Shown: positions 37,873-47,240 of the stretch, piece by piece
How positions within the stretch are numbered: the first letter of the stretch is position 1
How the letters are laid out: every line of letters begins with the position of its first letter
Source: Squalus acanthias
Taxonomy: Eukaryota
Assembly: GCA_030390025.1 (NCBI GenBank)
Contig: JASTWF010000288.1
Location: forward strand, 434,001-498,000
Reading direction: 5' to 3'
DNA: 64,000 bases
Notes under the pieces: model-generated
The model's database searches: none
Seen by the model: only the letters and a program-made list of their open reading frames with translations
What the model was told of the DNA's origin: nothing
Program-made: the position numbers and the translations under genes

Positions 37873-40532
37873 TTTTAAATAAATCTGTTGGACTATAACC
37901 TGGTGTTGTGCGACTTCTCATTTTTGTCCACCCCAGTCCAACACCGGCATCTCCGCATTATATAAGAGATGTCAGCGACTCCCTCGAAACAGGGCATTCT
38001 GAGAACTGGCACTTTCACGACCAATTCACCAGCTTGGCTGGTTCGGAAGCCGGACGATAGCTGGAGGCTTACTATTGATTACCGAAGTCTTAACAAGGTT
38101 ACGCCCAAGAGCGCCCCTATCGTTAAGGATGCGCCGACCTTATTATCAGAACTCCCAAAAAACTCTAAATACTACTCCAGCCGAGACATTGCCAACGGCT
38201 TTTGGAGTATTCCCGTCAGAACAGAGGATCAAGATAAATTTGCCTTCACCTTTGAGGACCAGAGTTACACGTGGACGTGCCGACCCCAAGGCTTCCACAA
38301 CGCCCCGACCGTCTTCCATACCAGAATGGTACGGATCCTGAAAGCTTTTTCTTAGCCCCAGTGCCTGCTTCAGTATGTCGACGACTTGCTACTGGCTACT
38401 AGTACAATCGAGGAGCACCTTGAACTGTTTGATGAACTTTTAACACTGTTAAGCAGGGCGCGGCTTGAAAATTAACCTTCAAAAAGCTCAGCTTTTGCAG
38501 GAACAGGTCACCTATTTGGGAGTGACAATCTCTCCTCAGAGTCTAAGTCCCGACGAGCACAAGATAGAGGTCATTCAACGACTCCCGCTTCCTGTATCCA
38601 GGGCAGCGCTCCGATCGTTTTTGGGACTAGTGGGATACCAGCGTAGTTTTATTCCTGGATTTGCAGAACTTGCAAGGCCCCTCTATGAACTGTTAAAAGA
38701 AAAAGAGGATCAAATTTCCTCCCTGTTGGGACCAGATCACACCGCTGCAGTTAAGAAATTGAAACTGGCTGTTATGCAGGCTACCTGTTTGATATCACCC
38801 GACCCGACACAGCCATTCCATCTCGAGGTCGCATCCACCGAACATAGTCTGACTGCGGTCCTATGTCAAGGACGACTGCACAGGTTACAACCGATCGCAT
38901 GTGCCTCACGGGTTTTGCAGGGGGCAGAACGGACTTATTCAGCCTGTGACCGCCACCTACTGACAACATTCTGGGCCAGTCAACACTTTACCTACTATAC
39001 GGGCTTACAGAGGATCATCTTGCATTCCCCTCACAACCCACTGAACCTCCTTAGCAAACCAGGCAATTCTTTGATCTCATCCCAACGCATCAGTAAATGG
39101 ACTTTAGAACTATTACAACGGGACATTGATATAACCTCCAAACAGACCACTCTTTTGCCACTGATGCTTGCGTACGAGGGACACCCTCACAAGTGTCCGC
39201 TGCCTTTAATAGACTTTGAGTCCCATCCTGTTTTGCGATCACCAATAGAAGGAGCCTCTGAAGTATACGTGGATGGCTCCTCCTACCACATACAGGGCTC
39301 ACCTCATACCGGATGTGCTGTGGTCCTACCCGAGAAGAAACTCAAGTTTAAAAGTAACAAACACTCGAGCCAATATGCAGAGATTTTGGCCCTTCTCATC
39401 GCCGTTCGAGAAACTTCTGGCTACCCGACAAACATTTGCTCTGACAGTGCCTATGCCATCAATGCCATGCTGACCCTTCCCCTCTACCAAAAGAATTCCT
39501 ACTTCTCGTCAGATGGTAAACCCCTAACCCATGGGCCATGGCTGCGTCCCATATGGCAGGCCCTGAAGGCACGACAAAAGCCTCGTCACATTGGTAAGGT
39601 TAATGCTCACAGGAGAGACCAGTCCGCTCACGCCCTGGGAAATAATGCGGCAGATGTAGCTAACTAAAGATGCAGCCCTGACCGGTGATCCTCACCCTCT
39701 ACTACTTGAGGAGGTAATGCCAGTTGCCGCGGTTAGCTCAGCTCTCGATCTGGCTTCCCTTCAGACAGAGTATAGCCCCTATCAGATAGTCATCAATTGG
39801 CATGACCAAGGTAAACCCTTACCGGCACCCACCGCATGGGCCCCCAAGACCCTTCTTACTACAAAGGCTTCAGAACCATTACTTATGTATCAAAATACCC
39901 CAGATAAGTACCCGGTTGTCTGTATTCCCCCACACCTGGCTGAAGAACTCTTGTTCCTATTCCACTCCCACCCTGTAGGAGGTCATTATTCGGCAGAAGT
40001 CACTTTCACAAAGATTGCCTCCACAGCCTGGTGGTCTGATATGAAGGAAACTGTAAATGTAAATGTTTCCCGATGCATACCTTGTTTGCAGCAGAACCCC
40101 TCCCCTTGTTCCAACCGTGCCCTCCTTCGAAGTCAGCCAGGCCCTGATGGGCCCTGGACTCATGTTCAAATTGATTTTATTGGTCCCCTCCCACCTTCGC
40201 AGGGCAATTATAAATACGCCCTCGTTGTTATCGACCAGTTCACGAAATGGATTGAGGCCTTCCCCTCCCGATCCAACACTGCGCTTACCGCGGCCAGATT
40301 GTTATTGAGCGAGGTGTTCCGTAGGTGGGGACTGCCACATCAAGTTGATAGTGATCAGGGCACCCACTTCACTGGTGAAGTTTTTTCCAAATTACAGGAA
40401 ATTAGGGGAATGAAACATAAGCTACATATAGCTCATCATCCCCAATCATCCGGGATAGTGGAAAGAGGGAATCGCACACTGAAATCCATGTTCGGAAAAT
40501 TGTGTGCTGAACACCCCTCTCAATGGGTCAAG

Positions 40533-41274
40533 GGCCCAGAAATTAAACACTGAGTGTTCACGCGGGGGTAAGGCTTCCCCGCGATATCTCACTCCACGCC
40601 TACCTTTTTCCTCCGGACCCACATGAACTTTAGTTTCAAGGCTGCAGCTGTGCAGTGCTTGCGTGACCCAGAGACGCAATTAGTTCATGCGAGCTCTGGG
40701 ATCACGTGATTCAGTTAGAGCCAATGGCAGCACACCATCTTTCATTCATAGTTTTGACAGGAAGACCTGTCAAAGCTATGAATACTATACCCCCCCAAAA
40801 GAACAGCTAAACCTCAATTAAATTTAAAAAAGCCATCACATTAATAAAATAAGTATAGTTAAATAAATTAACCACTTTAAACAAAAAATTAAATTTTTGA
40901 AAAAATTTTAAATCTTTTTAAAAGTTATAAAAATAAACTTACCTTTCTTTAAAGTCTCTAAAAAAGATAAACCTGTTGAAAAAAATTTAAAATAATACTT
41001 AATTAACTACTTACCTTGTTAAAAGAGGGTCTTACGCCTCCTTTCTTTATGTGTAAAATCTTCCATGCTTACCTGCGCGTTCAAAGCACTAAGTGCACTG
41101 CGTGCGCGCAGCCTGTAGCGCGCACGTGGTTCACTTAGGAACCGCCCCCTTTTGAATTCACGAAGTGCCGGTTTCCCACGCATGTGCAGTGCATGCAGAA
41201 AACCGGCAATTGGAGACCTAAAACGCGAGAGTACACAGTGCGTACTCTCGCGTATTAGGTCTAATTTTCGGGCC
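40533..41274 (-). mobile_element. Harbinger-type MITE in the integrase
   Basis: Ends GGCCCAGAAATTA / TAATTTTCGGGCC; TSD AAG/AAT; excision restores HPSQWVNMLPMCLMAIRSTP. Confidence 0.92.
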
Positions 41275-42027
41275 AATATGTTACCCATGTGTTTAATGGC
41301 AATTCGGTCCACGCCACATAGGACCACGGGGATATCACCTTACCAGGCAATGACTGGGAGGCTGATGAGGACTCCAGGTCATCTAACTTTGACTGGCACC
41401 ACCCCACTCATGCAACAACCATGTAACCACTCGTGGTTGGAGCGCACAGCCGTTAACCGACACGTGGCAAAGAATTTAGGGAAATCTAAAAACCAAATCA
41501 AGAAAGACTTTGACCAGAAGGTTCGACCTTTTGAATATCAGATAGGTGATAAAGTCATGCTACTAAATTATGGGAAAAAGATCAATGCGTTTGACCCCAA
41601 ATGGAAGGGGCCCTACTCGATAGTGGATAAATTGAATCCAGCCATGTATCTGGTTCAGTACCCTAAAGGGAGAGTGGAAAAGGCAAAAGTAACTAAATGA
41701 TACCATATCAATCAGTTAAAGACTGTGAAAGAATAAATACTGCACTCTTTCTTCCTCCAGGTGACCAAAATGGCAGGACTCAGATGCATAGTGGGACTTC
41801 TGATGCTCGTTGGTATCGACCAGACTTCGAATTGTAGCATCATCCAGAAAGGAGTCAAGATGCCAACCGACGAGACATCATCATGGGAAGCGGCTTCAGG
41901 AGATGGATGCGATATGACTGTGTACTGTGATTATTGTGAACCCGATAATACGACCGATGGGATCCCTTGTTTATGGGCCAGGGAGGGCAAAGGGATTAAA
42001 ATAGAGTGTCCATGTACTAAAGACAAT

Positions 42028-42791
42028 GGCCCAGAAATTAAACAGTGAGGGTTCCCGCGGGGGTAAGGAATCCCCGCGATATCGCACTCCGCGCCTACCT
42101 TTTTGCTCCGGGCCCACACGAACTTTAGTTTGAAAGGCTCTCTCTGTTGGAACCGTGCAGTGCTTGCGTGACCCAGAGACGCAATTAGTTCGTGCGAGCT
42201 CTGGGATCACGTGATTCAGTTAGAGCCAATGGCAGCACACCATCTTTCATTCATAGTTTTGACAGGAAGACCTGTCAAAGCTATGAATACTACACCCCCC
42301 CAAAAGAACAGCTAAACCTCAATTAAATTTTTAAAAAAGCCATCACATTAATAAAATAAGTATAGTTAAATAAATTAACCACTTTAAACAAAAAATTAAA
42401 TTTTTGAAAAAATTTTAAATCTTTTTAAAAGTTATAAAAATAAACTTACCTTTCTTTAAAGTCTCTAAAAAAGATAAACCTGTTGAAAAAAAATAAAAAT
42501 AACACTTAATTAACTACTTACCTTGTTAAAAGGGGGTCCTACGCCTGCTTTCTTTATGTGTAAAATCTTCACCACTTACCTACGCGTTAAAAGCTGAAAA
42601 AATAACTAAGTGCACTGCGTGCGCACAGCCTGTAGCGCGCACGCGGTTCACTTAGGAACCGCCCCCTTTTGAATTCACGAAGTGCCGGTTTCCCGCGCAT
42701 GCGCAGTGCATGCAGGAAACCGACAATTGGAGACCTAATACGCGAGAGTACACAGTGCGTACTCTCGCGTATTAGGTCTAATTTTCGGGCC
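42028..42791 (-). mobile_element. Harbinger-type MITE in env
   Basis: Same ends as the 40533 copy; exact TSD AAT; excision restores CTKDNVQVTP. Confidence 0.92.
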
Positions 42792-44117
42792 AATGTTCAA
42801 GTAACCCCTGTTAAGATTCTCAAAATTCACAGATCCCCCAAAACTCAGAGAAAAACCCTAAAGAAAAGGACTTTGGACTCTTTTCTAACCACTTCAGGGT
42901 GATAAAATGTATTGGGCCTAACAGAGGGAGAGATTCAAGGTCAAAAACCGAGATTTGGTATTTTAAAAAGGCATGTTTGGGCTTGTAAAGGAAAAAGGCT
43001 GCAACAGGAATGGGATCAACCTCTGTAAAGACAGTTTGGGTATTGGAGTTAATCAAACTGTCTGGGGAACTGTCTAACGTCACTTGGCCCCTATCAGACA
43101 ATTTACATTCCAACAATAGACCCACGGAAGAGCAGTCCCCACCCAAATTACAAGACCCATCCAAAACATGCATAAATCAAATCACCTGGCCCCACTCCAT
43201 AGAAATCTCAGGCCCAGTCAGGAAACTCGAAACCTGAGCACAATGACTGCAATCAAGAAAGAGCTCAACAGCTCATGGAACCCTCCCGAAACCATTTCAC
43301 ACATTCATAAACAAGTTACTATTAACGAGCCCGCCAAAATCTTACAATAAACCGGGACTGATTTGGCGCGCAGATTAGGAGGCCCCAATTAGTATAATTG
43401 AAGGCCTGTTTTCTCAAGAAGGCAGTTCAAGTTCAAACGGTTCAGCAGTTACACAGAAGTTCACCAGGTTCAACAGCTCTGCAGTTCTCAGGAGTTCATC
43501 GAGTTCGAAGAAGTTCACCATTCTAGAAGTGGATCAACACCAAGAAGACACCAGAGCAACAGTTCCAGTGACCGTCAGACACCTCGCGTCAACAACCAAC
43601 CGAATATTACCACCAACCAACCGGGAAATATTGGGCCACCGCGACCAAAGAAAACCAACTCGGGAGAAAACCGAAGACTCGCAAGTTTCCACTCTGCAAT
43701 CTATTCCTGACTTACCCCTGGGTAAGATTTTTACTCAAAAGACTCTAAACCCTAACTCTAACTGAAGAAAAGTGGGTACTCACCCGATAAATCCAATACG
43801 CACCCTACCGCATCAGCGGACTCGCGAAGACTGACGAGCTATGCAGTTGAAGTCCTCTACCGCGTCCGGGGTACGGCAGACACCAACCAACATATAGAGC
43901 GAACCCCAATACCGCGAACCAGCTCAACTCTCAAGGAATCGTTTTGGTGAGTATCATCCCTGGTTCTCTCGGGTCCAACTTAGCTAGTAAAGTGGGATTG
44001 GGAGGGGTGAGGTATTTTTCTACTGTAATTTCCTTCATGTGTATCGAAGTGTTCCCCATTTTATTAATGTGAGAAGTCGCACAACACCAGGTTATAGTCC
44101 AACAGCTTTATTTGAAA

Positions 44118-44154
44118 TCACAAGCTTTCGGAGCGCTGCTCCTTCGTCAGGTAA
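44118..44154 (-). ncRNA. Minimal hammerhead ribozyme motif
   Basis: Minus strand TTAC-CTGACGA-A-GGAGC agc GCTCC-GAAAGCTT-GTGA. Confidence 0.72.
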
Positions 44155-44461
44155 AGTGAAGAGATGCATATAGGCACAGCATATATAGTCAGAGAACACT
44201 GCCAGATGATTACAGTTAATCTTTCCAACTGCCCTTTATCACACCTCGGCAGAGAGATAATCACGGCAATCAAAGGTGTGGATGGTGTCCAAACAGGTCA
44301 GTCAGGAAAACATTACATCAAAGACAATGTGGCAGATGCTGGTGTCTGTATGGAAAACAAAAAACGTTTTTTGCTGGAAATCACAGCAGGTCCGGCCGCA
44401 TCTGTGTAGAGAGAACAAGCCAACAACGACTCGAGTCTGGATGACTCTACGTCAGGTGGGG

Positions 44462-45646
44462 TTACATGTAGCGTGACATGAACCCAAGATCCCGGTTGAG
44501 GCCGTCCTCATGGGTGCGGAACTTGGCTATTAGTTTCTGCTCGATGATTTTGCGTTGTCGTGTGTCTCGAAGGCCGCCTTGGAGAACGCTTACCCGCAGA
44601 TCCGAGGCTGAATGTCCTTGACTGCTGAAGTGTTCCCCGACTGGGAGGGAACACTCCTGCCTGGCGATTGTTGCGCGGTGTCCGTTCATACATTGTCGCA
44701 GTGTCTGCATGGTCTCGCCGATGTACCATGCTCCGGGGCATCCTTTCCTGCAACGTATGAGGTAGACAACGTTGGCCGAGTCACATGAGTATGTACCATG
44801 TACCTGGTGGGTGGTGTCCTCACGTGTGATGATGGTATCTGTGTTGATGATCTGGCATGTGTTGCAGAGGTTGCCGTGGCAGGGTTGTGTGGTGTCGTGG
44901 TCGCTGTTCTCCTGAAAGCTGGGTAATCTGCTGCGAACGATGGTGTGTTTGAGGTTAGGCGGCTGTTTGAAGGCGAGTAGTGGGGGCGTGGGGATGGCCT
45001 TAGTGAGGTGTTCGTCGTCATCGATGACATGTTGAAGGCTGCGAAGAACATGGCGTAGTTTCTCCGCTCCGGGGAAGTACTGGACGACGTAGGGTACTCT
45101 GTTGGTTGTGTCCCGTGTTTGTCTTCTGAGGAGGTCGATGCGATTTTTCGCTGTGGCCCGTCGGAACTGTCGATCGATGAGTCGAGCGTCATATCCCGTT
45201 CTTACGAGGGCGTCTTTCAGCGTCTGTAGGTGTCCATCGCGTTCCTCCTCGTCTGAGCAGATCCTGTGTATTCGCAGGGCTTGTCCATAGGGGATGGCTT
45301 CTTTAACGTGGTTAGGGTGAAAGCTGGAGAAGTGGAGCATCGTGAGGTTGTCCGTGGGCTTGCGGTAGAGTGAAGTGCTGAGGTGTCCGTCTTTGATGGA
45401 GATTCGTGTGTCCAAGAATGAAACCAATTCTGAGGAGTAGTCCATGGTGAGTTTGATGGTGGGATGGAACTTGTTGATGTTATCGTGTAGTCTTTTCAGT
45501 GATTCTTCGCCGTGGGTCCATAGGAAGAAAATGTCGTCGATGTATCTGGTGTATAGCGTTGGCTGGAGGTCCTGTGCAGCGAAGAAGTCTTGCTCGAACT
45601 TGTGCATGAAGATGTTGACGTATTGGGGTGCGAATTTGGTCCCCAT
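44462..45646 (-). CDS. Penelope RT C-terminal half + GIY-YIG endonuclease (open 394 aa, N-truncated)
   Basis: MGTKFAPQY, RYIDDIF, FLD, LYRKPTD, HP, NVVYLIRC...WYIGET..LR..MNGHR, E.KLI..F....GLN. Confidence 0.9.
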   Translation of the reverse strand: MGTKFAPQYVNIFMHKFEQDFFAAQDLQPTLYTRYIDDIFFLWTHGEESLKRLHDNINKFHPTIKLTMDYSSELVSFLDTRISIKDGHLSTSLYRKPTDNLTMLHFSSFHPNHVKEAIPYGQALRIHRICSDEEERDGHLQTLKDALVRTGYDARLIDRQFRRATAKNRIDLLRRQTRDTTNRVPYVVQYFPGAEKLRHVLRSLQHVIDDDEHLTKAIPTPPLLAFKQPPNLKHTIVRSRLPSFQENSDHDTTQPCHGNLCNTCQIINTDTIITREDTTHQVHGTYSCDSANVVYLIRCRKGCPGAWYIGETMQTLRQCMNGHRATIARQECSLPVGEHFSSQGHSASDLRVSVLQGGLRDTRQRKIIEQKLIAKFRTHEDGLNRDLGFMSRYM

Positions 45647-45928
45647 GGCTGTTCCGTCGTTGGCTTGTTCTCTCTACACAGATGCGGCTGGACCTGCTGT
45701 GATTTCCAGCAAAAAAAGTTTTGTGTTTTCCGTACAGACCCCAGCCTCTGCCTCATTGTCTTTGATGTAATGTTTTCCTGACTGACCTGTTTGGACACCA
45801 TCCACACCTTTGATTGCCGTGATTCTCTCTCTGCCGAGGTGTGATAATGGGCAGTTGGAAAGATTAACTGTAATCATCTGGCAGTGTTCTCTGACTATAT
45901 ATGCTGTGCCTATATGCATCTCTTCACT

Positions 45929-45966
45929 TCACCTGATGAAGGAGCAGCCGCTCCGAAAGCTTGTGA
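45929..45966 (+). ncRNA. Minimal type I hammerhead ribozyme motif
   Basis: TCAC-CTGATGA-A-GGAGC agcc GCTCC-GAAAGCTT-GTGA; stem I TCAC/GTGA, palindromic stem III AAGCTT. Confidence 0.78.
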
Positions 45967-47240
45967 TTTCAAATAAAGCTGTTGGACTATAACCTGGTGT
46001 TGTGCGACTTCTCACATTTGTCCACCCCAGTCCAACACCGGCATTTCCACATCAAGCCCATTTTATTAGAGTGTTAAGATTATTGTGTTATATTTTCTCT
46101 TTTGAATAAAGATCAAAGTTCTTGCACCAAACTCAGTTGTCTGCTGCACCTTTTGTCACAACCCCCAAATAAGTCCACGGTCTAGAACCAAGGGAGTGGG
46201 AGCGATTCGAACCGCTCAGAGGTCAGAGGTGAAACTGACACACACCGCCACCCCCTACACCCCCAAAGTTTCAATTAGGAAAAGGAAAGTTTGTAGATCT
46301 AGGGTTCGGATTCGACGAAGCGGTTGAGATTACATCAAATAGTGTGGGGATCCCATATCTGGGACAGAGTTTGAATACACTGAATTGGCCCAAAATAGGT
46401 AAAAGAGATAGGGGAATGATGGGATGTTTCAATGTGGAGCACAAAGAGAGACCCAGGCAAGGACAAGCACTACAGATGGAAATCAGGGGAAGAACAGAGG
46501 AGATAAGGTTACAAAGGAAAAGCGACAAGCATAAAAATAAGAGATACCCATTAATAACAAAAGGACCATCAAACGGATTGGTTGTCAGCCGTACCTATAA
46601 ACAATTGTATAGTGATGACTGGAACGAAATTATCCTGGTAATCTTTAATTTTACAGGTATTCCCTTTCCCGGAAATTTATGTCCTACAGGAGACCGCGGA
46701 TATGATGACCATTTGGTGAGGAAAATGGTGAAGGATAATTTAGATAAGAACCATGCCCAAGACAGATGGGGTTCGTGGGATTTAGAACAGATTTACGTAA
46801 TGGTCAACATTTCAGATCATAATAGTAGCCACTTGAGAACAAAGAGAGGCCTGGGAGAATGGTTAGGGATAGGAACCACCGCGGGAACCGCTGCCTTGAA
46901 CAGGATAGATATAGAAACTATGTGGGAACATGACGAAGTAATGAGGAGACAGTTGAAAGGCCTTCTATCTAACATGAATAAGGGAGATTCAGACACCATA
47001 CAGGAATTGGAGAATATGCTGATAACCACATGAGACGAAACAGAAATATACAGACATCTTCAGGATCATTTTAACAATGCGACAAGAGGGATTAGTAAAA
47101 CAGAACAAGACATCTCAAGGGCTATGGTATGTTCAATTTATGGGAGTTACATGATGGACCAAGTGATGGCAGGGTTAAGTGAAACAGAACGGAACCGAGT
47201 CCCCTCATTTGTCAATGATTCCATGATTAGGAAGTGGCTC

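Larger units (their letters stand above)
36898..37958 (+). mobile_element. Penelope pseudo-LTR fragment in RT (contains a MITE)
   Basis: 3' end matches the pLTR at about 45930-46050; degenerate 12-bp TSD TATATCCGAGAT / TATATAAGAGAT. Confidence 0.8.
35502..41736 (+). pseudogene. pol: Retroviral pro-pol: protease, RT, tether, RNase H, integrase
   Basis: PR: LIDTGSS...GILGSDVL. RT: KQYPI, NSPAWLVRKPDDSWRLTIDYRSLN, DIANGFWSIP, PQGFHNAP, QYVDDLL. Tether: PFHLEVAS..PIACASRVL. RNase H: YVDGSS..SQYAE..SDSAY..KVNAH..GNNAAD. IN: H..GGH..CIPC, IDFIGP, DSDQG, SGIVER, KWKGPY, *YHINQLK. Confidence 0.93.
44067..46056 (-). mobile_element. 5'-truncated Penelope-like element with inverted pseudo-LTRs
   Basis: Inverted arms about 44066-44430 and 45657-46018; extra tail on the right arm; 12-bp TSD CCCATTTTATTA (44055-44066 / 46057-46068). 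Confidence 0.92.
43024..46259 (+). mobile_element. Solo LTR of an unrelated LTR element (about 1.25 kb net), containing a Penelope insertion
   Basis: TGTA...TACA termini; 4-bp TSD CCTC/CCCC; TATA-like at about 43393, AATAAA at about 46105; removal rejoins the env frame (QEWDQPPKFQLG). Confidence 0.78.
30060..47240 (+). mobile_element. Endogenous retrovirus, lokiretrovirus-like, degenerate, 3'-truncated, heavily nested
   Basis: Ordered LTR-PBS-gag-pro-pol-env. PR, IN and env frames are restored when inserts are removed at their TSDs. Tether plus intact RNase H. env is cut at 47240; no 3' LTR found. Confidence 0.88.
41770..47240 (+). pseudogene. env: env with F-protein-like organisation (interrupted, 3'-truncated)
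   Basis: Splice acceptor CTCTTTCTTCCTCCAG at 41760; signal-like MAGLRCIVGLLMLVG; one frame after removing 42028-42791 and 43024-46259 (in-frame stops at 42900-42905 and 47031-47033); furin site RTKR followed by GLGEWLGIGTTAGTAALN and a helical heptad region; several N-x-S/T sites. Confidence 0.8.

Noticed and set aside
35502-41736. Classifying the element as a foamy virus or plain Gypsy retrotransposon
   Set aside because: The CCHC knuckle and Arg PBS are unlike typical foamy viruses; tether plus second RNase H plus env is unlike ordinary Gypsy. Phylogeny is still required.
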